Positions 39,999 to 50,169 of a stretch of 64,000 nucleotides of DNA are shown here, one piece after another. A program made the position numbers and the translations under genes. The notes under the pieces are model-generated. The model made no database searches. It was not told the origin of the DNA and was given only the letters and a program-made list of their open reading frames with translations. How positions within the stretch are numbered: position 1 is the stretch's first letter; each line of letters begins with the position of its first letter. The DNA is from a virus (Duplodnaviria > Caudoviricetes): positions 32,001 through 96,000 of the IMG/VR virus record IMGVR_UViG_2630968879_000020; one strand, given 5' to 3'.

Positions 39999-40322
39999 TT
40001 GACGGAGGTGACTATGATTACTCATACACCATTCACTATTGGTGATCGCTATGCTCTTATAGGCAGTTTTAGCGTACCTGATGTTCCGGGACAATTCGAA
40101 GTCCGTACCAACAGCGAGCGAGTTAAACGCCCAATGTTAATCGTCGTGCATGACAACTGGCATGAAGCTGGTCGCCGTGATCGTATTACTCCTGTGATAG
40201 TCATCCAGTTTGAAGCCGATGGCCGTGAAAAATGCATTGAGCAGAAAGAAGCTATGCCGTCGAAAACAATGAATCTGACTAATTTACGCCTCCGTGCTAT
40301 TCAATTCTTTCAACAAGAATAA
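39999..40322 (+). CDS. Hypothetical cargo protein
   Basis: ORF with GGAGG RBS before ATG at 40014. Confidence 0.55.
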   Translation: MTEVTMITHTPFTIGDRYALIGSFSVPDVPGQFEVRTNSERVKRPMLIVVHDNWHEAGRRDRITPVIVIQFEADGREKCIEQKEAMPSKTMNLTNLRLRAIQFFQQE

Positions 40323-40330
40323 GATGAGAC

Positions 40331-40968
40331 TTGCTGGACAATGCCACCACTTCTGATCGAAGAACACGAAAAAATCTGGTTTGGCCTGATAACTTAGATG
40401 ATCCAGAGCAGGCGTATGTGCACTTAAATGATATCATTGATGATATTGGTGATGCACACACTGTTATCTTGGAAGACAGTAATGGTATGGTTCGGCTTTA
40501 CCTGCGCCACGTCCGATCAGATCAGGTTTCTGCAAATATTTTGCTTGAGTTTAAGCTCACCGCTCCTGAAGGTTTCCCTGAGCGTATTCCGCAGGTCTCA
40601 TCTTCTATGTTGGTAGAGACTATCGCGGTGTAAAACTCGCCCAGCAAATCTATCGTTGCGTCATAGATCATTACGGAGTGGTTGTCAGCGATACCCACCA
40701 AACAGCCGCGGGTATGTTTATATGGTTACTCATAGCTGAAGATGACTCTGTGCAGCTCAATATCATGCAGGTTAGCGGAAAGCATCTAGATTATCGTTTG
40801 TCTAATGGCAAACCGGAAGTTTACAAAGGTAAAATTGATGCACTGGAACAAGCTGGCGCGACCATTTGGGGTGGGCCAGATGCAGTGGTTTCCGACATTG
40901 ACCTTAAGCGACTAGGCTTCAAACCTACCCATCAAAATATGGAACACATCATGCTAGCTGCTCGTTAG
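40331..40968 (+). pseudogene. Frameshifted GNAT-like acetyltransferase
   Basis: A shift near 40600 joins ...PQVS to YVGRDYRGVKLAQQIY...VSDTHQTAAGMFIW. Confidence 0.7.
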
Positions 40969-41199
40969 CAGATAAGCCTTATTTTAAGAGCAAAGTTCGC
41001 TCAAAAAACAGTATGATATTCTCCCATCTCAAAACTGTTCCCTGATTTTATACGATTTCTGATAGAAGAGGTTGTTTAAAATCGCAGCTACTCAGTCATT
41101 AACCCTACAAAAAGACCGACACTATGGAATTGATTTCCTATCTTGGCACTGATATAAAAAGTATTCTTTCACTTACTTATAAAAAGGTTTATTGTATTC

Positions 41200-41928
41200 A
41201 TGTGCCTAACAATGGGTTTTTTCTTAGCAGAAGGTGATCCACAGGAGTTTATGCTCTCATGGACGGCACAAGATAAAGACCAATGGGTTGTGGAAAATGT
41301 CGGTCTATCTCGTACCCAAGGTGAGCTGGAGTTGTATCAATCCAAATGGTTTGATTATCGGCATTTGCATCCGATGGATGCCACGATGTTATTCACTAAA
41401 TCCTATAAGCGTGAATACTCTCGGGTCATGAGCACCCACGGTCGTGAGGATTATCGAAAAGCACTTTTCCGTACCGGACTTAAACGTGTTCCGTTTATCA
41501 ACTTATCAAAAGCAAACATAACGTCTCTTTGGAAAGCCAGACAAAAAGCCGATGAACTTGGTGTTGAATACAGCTTTTTCATCATGAGCATGTTGTCTAT
41601 AGCGGCAAAACGGGAATGGGGGGAGTTACCGCGTCCACAGCATTTGTGGCAGGACGATTTGCTGGAAATATTTATCGATAGGAATGAAAAACGCAAGGGA
41701 ACGCGATTGAATGGTTCTGAGTTGGATTATTTTAAAAAAAATAACTATGTGGGTGATGAAGTTCAAGATGCTCATAGAGCATATGTCATGGCGCAAATTT
41801 CTAATGCACGACCGGATAAACGTCATTTGTTGATTTTCTCTGCGGTGTATTCACTTGGTTATCTCGAACAACAAACATTCTTGAACCAGTTTCCCGATGA
41901 TTTAAGAAAAGCCTCTAAGTTTTTATAG
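41200..41928 (+). CDS. Hypothetical replication-module protein
   Basis: 242-aa ORF at the head of the DnaB/primase cluster. Confidence 0.65.
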   Translation: MCLTMGFFLAEGDPQEFMLSWTAQDKDQWVVENVGLSRTQGELELYQSKWFDYRHLHPMDATMLFTKSYKREYSRVMSTHGREDYRKALFRTGLKRVPFINLSKANITSLWKARQKADELGVEYSFFIMSMLSIAAKREWGELPRPQHLWQDDLLEIFIDRNEKRKGTRLNGSELDYFKKNNYVGDEVQDAHRAYVMAQISNARPDKRHLLIFSAVYSLGYLEQQTFLNQFPDDLRKASKFL

Positions 41929-41987
41929 AACCCCTATACGGAAATGAAAATATCCAATAATGGATTGATGTTAAAGGAAAATGATAA

Positions 41988-42221
41988 ATGATTGACGATT
42001 ATGAAATTATCAAATCTCGTCTGTCTTGGTTAAAATATAACGGCGTAAAGCTGGAAATCACAACAAATACTGGCAACGTAATTTCGGGATTTGTGCGTAA
42101 GTTTGATAATCAATCGGCTCTGATTGACACCATCGGCAAGAATGACAGAAACGATTTTAAGACAGTGAACTACTCAGCAATTGAGAGTTTTCATAATGTT
42201 GCTGTAGTGCAGGTGGTTTAA
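41988..42221 (+). CDS. Hfq/Sm-like protein (putative)
   Basis: LEITTNTGNVISGFVRKFDNQSALI...VNYSAIESF parallels the Sm1/Sm2 motifs. Confidence 0.55.
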   Translation: MIDDYEIIKSRLSWLKYNGVKLEITTNTGNVISGFVRKFDNQSALIDTIGKNDRNDFKTVNYSAIESFHNVAVVQVV

Positions 42222-43574
42222 ATGTCAGCATCAAAACTTGAATTGGAACATACAAGCGTTTCATTATCCGAACGGTTTGATGATGCTTTTCAGGTAGTAC
42301 TGGCTGCTTATTACTGCCGTGATTACCGTTTTGTTACTCAGGCTCACGACTTAGTTGAACCAAAGCAATTTAACAATATGGCTTTAGGTTTTTTGGTCGC
42401 TGCAGCCGGTCGTTTTTACAAGTTATATAAACAGCCACCGTCAATGACTACGTTGGTATCGCTTATTACCAGTGACGTGAAAGACAAGGTTATTCGCAAA
42501 GAATACGTGTCGGAGGTCACTGCTGCTATAAAAAAAATCAACGAGATAACATTAACTGATTCTCAATATATGGTTGATCAGGTGACATTGTTTGCTCGTT
42601 CGATCGCGTTTGATAACGCCATGATAAAAGCGGCTGAACTCAAAGATAAAGGTGACTTTGATAAGGCTATGCAAATTATGGAGAAAGTCAAACATCTTGG
42701 TGGTCAGGGAAGTAGCGAGGTATACGATTACTTTAGTGAATCAGCGACACGTTTTGAAGCACGTGAGAAAAAGGCGATTGGTGAAGCGCCACCACAAGGG
42801 ATCACAACAGGATATCGAGCATTGGATGCTTTGTTGTATCACAGTGGATGGGGTCGCAAGGAAATGACCCTGTTTATGGGTTTTGCTAAATCAGGTAAAT
42901 CGACCGGTATGGGAGAATTTTCAGTTAACGCAGCACTAGCGGGATTTAACGTTCTTTATATCTCTTTAGAAGTACACAAGGAGATTATTGCAGATCGTTT
43001 CGATGCCCGGCTTTCTGAAACGGATATGGACGAGCTGGTTGATGGTCGTGATAGGGTATCGAAAAAACTAAAAGAGATTGGAGCTACAGGTAAAGTAGGC
43101 AAAATGTTCGTTGTCCAACGTCCATCAGGCTCTGTTTCACCAAATGATGTTGTCCGTATTGTTGAAGGGATTATCTCTACAGGTGTTACGTTGGATATGC
43201 TGGTTGTGGACTATGCCGACTTGATGAAATCAAACTATCGTAGCGGTGACGTTAGAGAAGACGTGAAAAGTATCTATACCGACCTTCGAGCTGTTTTTGA
43301 TACTTACAACGTAGCTGGCATTACTGCATCACAGACAAACCGTGAAGGTGGATCGTCAGAAGTTGCGACTATGATGCACGCCGCAGATAACGTTGAAAAA
43401 GTCCGTATTGCCGACTTGGTTATCACTATCAACAAAACAGAAGAAGAAAAAGCCAAAGGCGAAGCTAGATTATTTATTGCAGGTTCTCGTAATCAGAAGG
43501 GAGATGTCAGTATTCGTATTGAACAGAACCTCGATCAGATGCGCTTTATTAAACGAATAATAGATATAATCTAA
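42222..43574 (+). CDS. dnaB: DnaB-like replicative helicase
   Basis: ITTGYRALD, GFAKSGKS, YISLE, VVDYADLM, ASQTNREG. Confidence 0.9.
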   Translation: MSASKLELEHTSVSLSERFDDAFQVVLAAYYCRDYRFVTQAHDLVEPKQFNNMALGFLVAAAGRFYKLYKQPPSMTTLVSLITSDVKDKVIRKEYVSEVTAAIKKINEITLTDSQYMVDQVTLFARSIAFDNAMIKAAELKDKGDFDKAMQIMEKVKHLGGQGSSEVYDYFSESATRFEAREKKAIGEAPPQGITTGYRALDALLYHSGWGRKEMTLFMGFAKSGKSTGMGEFSVNAALAGFNVLYISLEVHKEIIADRFDARLSETDMDELVDGRDRVSKKLKEIGATGKVGKMFVVQRPSGSVSPNDVVRIVEGIISTGVTLDMLVVDYADLMKSNYRSGDVREDVKSIYTDLRAVFDTYNVAGITASQTNREGGSSEVATMMHAADNVEKVRIADLVITINKTEEEKAKGEARLFIAGSRNQKGDVSIRIEQNLDQMRFIKRIIDII

Positions 43575-43702
43575 AAGATTGTGACTCCCGATCTAATGAA
43601 ATTTATATAAAACCACACAGTTAATAACTTCAAGCAATGAGCCACAAATCGCCAAATAATACCTGTGACTCTTATTATAACTACCTAAAGAAATAGTAGA
43701 TT

Positions 43703-44830
43703 ATGAGTGCAAACAGCAATTTTAGGGAAAAGTTAAACGAATTCGATTTTGAACAGTTTCTTGATCTGGAAGGCATCTCCTATCGCAGAACAACAGGTAA
43801 GAATGGACTTGAGTTAAACATCCGAGAATGCCCAACTTGTGGCAGTTATGATTGGAAGGTCTACTTCAATCCGAAAACGAAGGTAGGAGTATGTTTTGCC
43901 GGTAGCCATCCACAAGATGAGCAATTCAACCTATACCGGTTTTTACAGAAACATTCTGGTTTAGCTAGACGAGAACTTCATGCCTATATTGATACTCAAT
44001 TACTTGAGCAAGGCTGGCGACCAAAAGAAAAAGAAATTGCTTTAGAGAGTAAAGTCGAGCTGAAAGAAGAAGTACAGCTCCCGCCACATTACTTACTGCC
44101 TTTACCTGATGGTCGTATTCCCGATTATCTTGCTCAGAGAAACATATTTTCTGAACTTATCCGGTATTTTGACTTGCGATTTATTGTGAATGGCTCACAC
44201 GTTTATCACGACTATAGCGGTCGTATCTCAATGCAAGATTTTTCAATGCGGATACTTATTCCAATCTACGATTTAACGGGGAAATTGAGTACCTTTCAGG
44301 GGCGCGATGTCACTAATACCTCAGATAAAAAGTACTTGTTCCCATCTACTCTACCGGCATCAGGACGTTTTTTATATAACGGGCACAACGCAATGGGAAA
44401 ATCTACGGTCGTTATCTTAGAGGGCGTATTTGACGTATTTGCCGTCAAGCGCGCTTTATTCAGTGATGAATCATTACGCGACTACGTTGAGCCAATAGGC
44501 ACTTTTGGTATGCACTTGTCAGGGGCTTTATCAGAAGAAGGGCAAGATCAATTAGGTAGCTTTTTAACACTGAAAGAGACTGGCCTTAAAAACGTCATTT
44601 TCCTATGGGACTCAGAGAAACAAGCAGTTAAGAACACGATTAAGGCTGCTAAAAAGCTACAGTCTATAGGACTTAACGTGAAGATCGCTGCTTTTACTCG
44701 TGAGGGTCAAGATGCCGGTGAATCTGATGATGATGAAATACTACAAGCTTATTTCTGCTCTAAGTTTTTCAATCACCAATTAGCACTAGAAATGTCAATT
44801 AAAGGGCACAATGCGATTCGTTCTTATTAA
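43703..44830 (+). CDS. DNA primase (Zn finger + TOPRIM)
   Basis: CPTC, FQGR, LEGVFDVFAV, LWDSE. Confidence 0.85.
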   Translation: MSANSNFREKLNEFDFEQFLDLEGISYRRTTGKNGLELNIRECPTCGSYDWKVYFNPKTKVGVCFAGSHPQDEQFNLYRFLQKHSGLARRELHAYIDTQLLEQGWRPKEKEIALESKVELKEEVQLPPHYLLPLPDGRIPDYLAQRNIFSELIRYFDLRFIVNGSHVYHDYSGRISMQDFSMRILIPIYDLTGKLSTFQGRDVTNTSDKKYLFPSTLPASGRFLYNGHNAMGKSTVVILEGVFDVFAVKRALFSDESLRDYVEPIGTFGMHLSGALSEEGQDQLGSFLTLKETGLKNVIFLWDSEKQAVKNTIKAAKKLQSIGLNVKIAAFTREGQDAGESDDDEILQAYFCSKFFNHQLALEMSIKGHNAIRSY

Positions 44831-44870
44831 TACCTACCAATATAAGAAATCAAATAGAGGTGAATGCAAA

Positions 44871-45653
44871 ATGAATAAGTCAGTTTATCTTGAAAAAATT
44901 GAGTCTTTAGAGGGATTCAGCACCATTAAAAATGATGAAAGACAGAGTGTCATTGATGCCGGTATGGATGCAATGGAACATGAATTTAATCGACTCACAG
45001 CTGAGAAATTCCCTTATTCCCCAAACGCCCCATGCCTAGAGATACATCATATTCACACTAGCGATGATGGTGTCAGCTATGACCTTGTATATATGAAGGA
45101 TATGGCTCGTATTAAAACCGATAAACCTGTCACCTATATGATTGGTTTTAACGACCATGCGCTCGTAGCCACCGTATCTGATCTCGAACAGAAAAAAGTA
45201 TCGGAAATGTTCGATCTCTTTGTCAAAGCTTACCGACAGCAATCTGATGAAGAATTTATTGATTTACCGCTGTCAGTCTTTGCGAAAGCAGTACAACAAA
45301 GAGAGGCTTATAAATCAGAAAAACATGTCGTACTATACCGCAAAGCAATCGCTAATATGCCTGATTATAGCAATATTAAAGGCTCATCAAATGAAGCTCT
45401 CACTTTTATTAAAGATTATCAGGGTGCAGAGATACTACCGAATCTCAGTTCAGCTATAGAAATTGTACTCCATGCTAACGCCTTTGCAGACAATGTCATT
45501 AATCGTTCTGCGCGTCTTACCTCTAATGCCATTGCAGAAGTTGGAATGATGAAAGAACAAGCTGTTGCATACGGGTTAAAAACAGCCTCATCAAAGATAG
45601 CTGAAATTCAACTGCGTGGTTCTAAATTGGCTGGTATGGCTGGAATGTTTTAA
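44871..45653 (+). CDS. Hypothetical protein
   Basis: Long ORF; GAGG RBS before ATG at 44871. Confidence 0.6.
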   Translation: MNKSVYLEKIESLEGFSTIKNDERQSVIDAGMDAMEHEFNRLTAEKFPYSPNAPCLEIHHIHTSDDGVSYDLVYMKDMARIKTDKPVTYMIGFNDHALVATVSDLEQKKVSEMFDLFVKAYRQQSDEEFIDLPLSVFAKAVQQREAYKSEKHVVLYRKAIANMPDYSNIKGSSNEALTFIKDYQGAEILPNLSSAIEIVLHANAFADNVINRSARLTSNAIAEVGMMKEQAVAYGLKTASSKIAEIQLRGSKLAGMAGMF

Positions 45654-45910
45654 ACCTGTGACTGGCATTGAGCAAGGATTTACATCGGATTGCTCTAATT
45701 AAAACCCCGCATCATATTTACACAAACACCCCTTATATGGGGTTTTTATGTATACAAGTAATTGTTATGATAATTATCTATACACATACTACCCTTTAAA
45801 GGGGTATTAAAGTGGAGATAATGAAATGGATAGGATCACAGCAATTAACAAATTAAATGAATTCAGCAAAATGGGAAGAGCCATAGTAGCGAACGGAATC
45901 GAAAGTCGCT

Positions 45911-46303
45911 ATGAGAGCAGATTTGGCATTTGCGCTCCCAACGATGTCAGAATACGACCCTGTAACAAAAAGCTTTCCAATAGATAACCTCGGCTGTAAA
46001 GGCAAACCGAGACGAATAACCAATCCTCAACATGTTAGTATAAGTATCAAAAATGATATTTTCTGTAGCTTGCCTGTAACTGATAATATTCAGGTTCAAA
46101 AAATTGAGAACCTTAGAGCACAGCGTGATTCAGATATATCATACAGCGGTAAGATGTACATGGATGTGTATTCAAATGGTTATCATTTATTTGGAAACAT
46201 AATTGATGTTGAGCTTAAAATATATGATATAAAATCAAGGAGCTATATCTATCAATACAACTATAACCCCGTAAACAATTCAGAGCCATCACCGAAGTCA
46301 TAA
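45911..46303 (+). CDS. Hypothetical protein, possibly truncated
   Basis: 130-aa ORF without a clear RBS. Confidence 0.35.
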   Translation: MRADLAFALPTMSEYDPVTKSFPIDNLGCKGKPRRITNPQHVSISIKNDIFCSLPVTDNIQVQKIENLRAQRDSDISYSGKMYMDVYSNGYHLFGNIIDVELKIYDIKSRSYIYQYNYNPVNNSEPSPKS

Positions 46304-46410
46304 TGCCGCTCCCCTAGAACAGTACAAATTAAAGTGGGCGACTGTCATATCAAGTCTGAACTACTACAGTTAAATCAAGGTCGGTTATCCTACCTTGATT
46401 TAACAACAAG

Positions 46411-46935
46411 TTATTTAATACTTACCATGTAAGTTTGACCTGATTTCAGCTTTCCAATAAATGAATCGGATAACCTATAATTAACATTAGATGAGCGGTT
46501 CCGATATTCTTCCCATTTAAATATTTCAGATATGCCATCTATTGTTACAGTCAAATCCCGTCTTATCGTATGGGGTTTAAAAATAAGCACCCCACACTCT
46601 GTCCAATCATCTCTATAAAGACAGAGTTGGGTCAATTTCATTGATTCAAAGAATATGTTTCCTGATGGACTGCTTCCAAATCTCTCAAGAGCACCAAATC
46701 TCTCCCCACTAGTTTCTAACGCCACCCCATGAGCAAAAACATCATACACATCGTAATTATATTCCTCTTCCCACTCAGCACTCCCAAATGTTAATTTGAA
46801 TCCTTGTGATTTACCGATGAAATCAGACATTTTAAAGGTGGGTTTTAAACCTAATTTAGCTCCAGCTTCAAACATTGACCGAAGACCCGTTTCTTTAACG
46901 ACCTCGCTGCCAACATTTCCTCCGTTTATAGCCAT
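46411..46935 (-). CDS. gp38-like tail fibre adhesin (orphan)
   Basis: N-terminus MAINGGNVGSEVVKETGLRSMFEAG..LGL...MSDFIGKS parallels the T2/T6 gp38 attachment domain; GGAGG RBS. Confidence 0.65.
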   Translation of the reverse strand: MAINGGNVGSEVVKETGLRSMFEAGAKLGLKPTFKMSDFIGKSQGFKLTFGSAEWEEEYNYDVYDVFAHGVALETSGERFGALERFGSSPSGNIFFESMKLTQLCLYRDDWTECGVLIFKPHTIRRDLTVTIDGISEIFKWEEYRNRSSNVNYRLSDSFIGKLKSGQTYMVSIK

Positions 46936-47136
46936 TTTATCCTCCGTGATAAAAACATATTAAAAACGCACTTATAATACTATGAAATAAAATAATTTTT
47001 AGTCAATGGCTAAAAAGTGACATTACTATATTGGTGCTCCTCCACCAGTTTTAGCAACGGACGGTATGTAAAATATTTTGTTTGAGTTTTAGTCAAAAAC
47101 AGACTAATATGTATATACAAAAATGTATTTTATGGT

Positions 47137-47430
47137 GTGAAGATGGAGCTTGAATTTGAATGGGATCTCGCAAAAGCGGAAACTAATTTCTGTAAGCACG
47201 GGATTCGTTTTGAAGAAGCTGCTCGTGTTTTTGATGATCCTTTTCACTTGTCAGTACAAGATCGCTTCGAAAACGGCGAATACCGCTGGCAGACAATTGG
47301 AGCAGTAAAAGGATATCTGATTGTGCTGGTTGCCCACACAATACTATTTGAAGATGGGACTGAAATTATTCGTATCATCAGTGCACGTAAAGCAGAGCGG
47401 AACGAGAGAAAACGTTATGAGCATAGTTAG
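47137..47430 (+). CDS. brnT: BrnT toxin
   Basis: FEWD..KA..N..KHGI.FEEA...RIISARKA. Confidence 0.9.
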   Translation: MKMELEFEWDLAKAETNFCKHGIRFEEAARVFDDPFHLSVQDRFENGEYRWQTIGAVKGYLIVLVAHTILFEDGTEIIRIISARKAERNERKRYEHS

Positions 47431-47710
47431 ATATAAACGAAGTGAATTGCCATCTCTGACTGAAAATCGGAAATCGGAGCTTAAGGCATTGTCTGATAGT
47501 GATATTGATTACAGTGATATTGCTCCGCTGGAGGATGATTTCTGGAAAAAAGCCGAACGAGGACACTTTTATCGTCCAGTAAAAACTCAGGCTTCGGTCA
47601 GGATTGATGCAGATGTTTTGGCTTGGCTTAAGCAACCGGGAAAAGGTTACCAGACAAGACTTAACGCTATCTTACGTGAAGCCATGATGCGTGATTTACA
47701 TCAAAAGTAA
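47417..47710 (+). CDS. brnA: BrnA antitoxin
   Basis: IDYSDIAPL...SVRIDADVLAW...GYQTRLNAILR. Confidence 0.9.
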   Translation: MSIVRYKRSELPSLTENRKSELKALSDSDIDYSDIAPLEDDFWKKAERGHFYRPVKTQASVRIDADVLAWLKQPGKGYQTRLNAILREAMMRDLHQK

Positions 47711-47793
47711 TGCCCGCGATGGCAAACTACAAAAGACACTTACCTGCCTTGAAAAAAGCAGGTAAGTGGGTAAAAAAAGTAGAAAGAAAAGAG

Positions 47794-48735
47794 TTATTGC
47801 AGTGGGATAAGTTCTTCGCGGCTCAGGCCGGTAATTTCCATAACCAGTTCAATACTGTCACCACGTTTTAAGAGGGCACGGGCAATATTTATGGATGCCT
47901 CTTTTTGACCTTCCAACTTACCTTCTAATTTACCTTCTAATTTACCTTCTAATCTTCCTTCTTCCCGGCCTTTGTCCTGTAATCGTTGTGCAATATTCAC
48001 AATCACCTCCTGATGGCTATCTACCTGTTCAATCAGTTGCTGGATCACTTGTTCAAAATGCGGCGAGTCCATTGTAACAAATAGGTAGTTCATAATAGTC
48101 ACAACATCGTTGTCACTATTATAGTTATGTTTGAGGGCGTGGGCTAATAGCGTGGTAACTGCTTTAAATCCCTCACGCAAATTCTTATGTTTCATCGCCA
48201 ATTCCATTACGGCGATTTTGCGATGATTGACCAATTCGTTATCATCAATAACTGTCACATCAACCAGCGGAAACGGATTAAAATACATCTCCTCCGCCAG
48301 TTTTGGCAATGAAAAGCATTGTGTCCAAGCTTGCTGGAAAGGATAAGGACTGGTATCACCATGATAAAACAAAACAGGCACAACTAGCGGCAATTCCTTA
48401 TTCCCCTGTTGCAAATGCTGATTCATCGCCATAAAAGCGTAGTGCATCATTCGCCACGCCATCATTTTATCTGGAGTAGACTGGTGTTCAACAAGCACAT
48501 AAATATAACCATCACCTTGTTGAGTTTTCACCGAATAGAGGACATCGGACATTCTTGAACGTAACTGATGATCAATAAAAGAAGAGTTAGTCAATCTTAA
48601 CGTATCAAAATCACACAGTTTCTTGATTTTTTCCGATAGATGAATATCAAAAAAATCACGAGCATTCTCAATTCGAGCCATAAATCCTTTGAACGCTGCA
48701 TCATGAGGTGTGGGGATAGCCTTTTTATTCTTCAT
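47794..48735 (-). CDS. Rpn (YhgA-like) PD-(D/E)XK nuclease
   Basis: PHDAAFK, SDVLYS, VEHQS, PVLFYHG, EGKL repeats. Confidence 0.9.
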   Translation of the reverse strand: MKNKKAIPTPHDAAFKGFMARIENARDFFDIHLSEKIKKLCDFDTLRLTNSSFIDHQLRSRMSDVLYSVKTQQGDGYIYVLVEHQSTPDKMMAWRMMHYAFMAMNQHLQQGNKELPLVVPVLFYHGDTSPYPFQQAWTQCFSLPKLAEEMYFNPFPLVDVTVIDDNELVNHRKIAVMELAMKHKNLREGFKAVTTLLAHALKHNYNSDNDVVTIMNYLFVTMDSPHFEQVIQQLIEQVDSHQEVIVNIAQRLQDKGREEGRLEGKLEGKLEGKLEGQKEASINIARALLKRGDSIELVMEITGLSREELIPLQ

Positions 48736-48994
48736 GTTTTCTTATCAAAAAATGATTCCCGCATCCAGTCTACAGTAGAAGAAAGGCGAGTATCAAGTGC
48801 AATGGCATAAGACTCTTAACCGGCTTACATACAAAAAGATAAGAATTATACCGATTCGCTTATTGATCCAAATAAACCAATCGGTTAAAGTGCTTCCGCC
48901 ATCGGCAAAATCCGGTGGTCAAGGCGTCGCGGCCTTGTTACGAACCATCCACTGGTAGGAAGTTTCTGCCAGTGTGCTTGCTATCGCCCTTTCA

Positions 48995-49075
48995 ATGGCG
49001 GTTCAGGTAGGGAAGGCTAATGCCTTGCCGGAAGATGGTTCCCGGTCCGCGAACCCTGCCTTGAATCGCCACCAT
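48995..49075 (+). ncRNA. C4/CI-type antisense RNA (ash-like region)
   Basis: GC-rich cloverleaf with TGGCGGTTCAGG pairing to CCTTGAATCGCCA, internal hairpins, upstream GCAAAATC box; translates as ash-like MAVQVG...ANPA. Confidence 0.55.
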
Positions 49076-49105
49076 CAATATTAATTAATGGAAGGGGTAG
49101 CAGGA

Positions 49106-49369
49106 ATGTTCAATACCAAAAATGACTGGCATCAAGCTGATATAATTGCAGCCATACGCAAACAAGGAACAACCTTAGCCGCAGTCTCCCGTGAAGCGGG
49201 ACTCAGTTCATCAACATTAGCAAATGCCCTATCGCGAGAGTGGCCTAAAGGCGAATGGATAATTGCTAACTATCTCGGAATCCATCCCTCAGAAATCTGG
49301 CCTAGTCGATACTTTGACAAAAATGGTCAACCAATTGAACGTAAACCTCGCAACAATTCTCAGGAATAA
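49106..49369 (+). CDS. Ner/Nlp-family DNA-binding protein
   Basis: DWHQADIIAA...GLSSSTLANAL...WPKGE...IWPSRY. Confidence 0.9.
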   Translation: MFNTKNDWHQADIIAAIRKQGTTLAAVSREAGLSSSTLANALSREWPKGEWIIANYLGIHPSEIWPSRYFDKNGQPIERKPRNNSQE

Positions 49370-49412
49370 TTATCAAATTATTACCCAAGCGCAGTAATTG
49401 TAGAGGTAAGCT

Positions 49413-49835
49413 GTGTGTAGTAATCCTATTCCACTAAAACAAGCCATGTACCGTGCAGGTTTGGCAGTGTCTCTATTTAAATTCATTTTCGAAAAAGCGA
49501 AAAATGAGTGCTCAATAGATTTAAATAACCTGATTGCACTGGTGAATGATATCAATCAGGACGTTCACCATGCCCTTTTGAAACATTCACCAAAGCCATT
49601 AACACTAAAATTACTGAGTTACGTAAAACATAAGAAACCTATCTCATTAGATCAGGCGATGTATCGGGCGGGTTTAGGAACCTCTTTATTTGAAGTGATT
49701 CTCGACAAAACCAGCAACAATTGTTCAACCGAATTACATGATCTGATTTCGTTAGCATGTGATATCAATCAAGAAGTTTATCATTCACTTGTAGCCGAGG
49801 TTTATAAAGATACTCCTGAAAATGATCTTACTTAG
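49413..49835 (+). CDS. Hypothetical protein with a tandem duplicated ~65-aa domain
   Basis: I.L.QAMYRAGL..SLF..I...C...L..LI.L..DINQ.V occurs twice. Confidence 0.7.
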   Translation: MCSNPIPLKQAMYRAGLAVSLFKFIFEKAKNECSIDLNNLIALVNDINQDVHHALLKHSPKPLTLKLLSYVKHKKPISLDQAMYRAGLGTSLFEVILDKTSNNCSTELHDLISLACDINQEVYHSLVAEVYKDTPENDLT

Positions 49836-50169
49836 TAAATAAATTGATTTTTTGTTCATTTATCCAATGGGCTAATCCACCCTAAACCCATTCAAAAATT
49901 GGCGGTTATCGCAGCTACCCAGTCATTACTCCATTCAGAGCACAACTGACGAGGTTTACCCTGCAAAGTGAGCAGGATGTAGCGGTAACCCTGTTAGGGA
50001 ATGGGAAGATAGCTGCGATAATCGCCAATTTTCCTCAACTCCAGCCATAAGAGCAAAAACGTTCGTTTGCGCAATCCCATTCCGCTGATCAGTAGATCAG
50101 TGGCTTATCCATTGCCCAGCGTGTAATATTACAGTATACTATTACACATCATGTAATACGGTTCGGACA

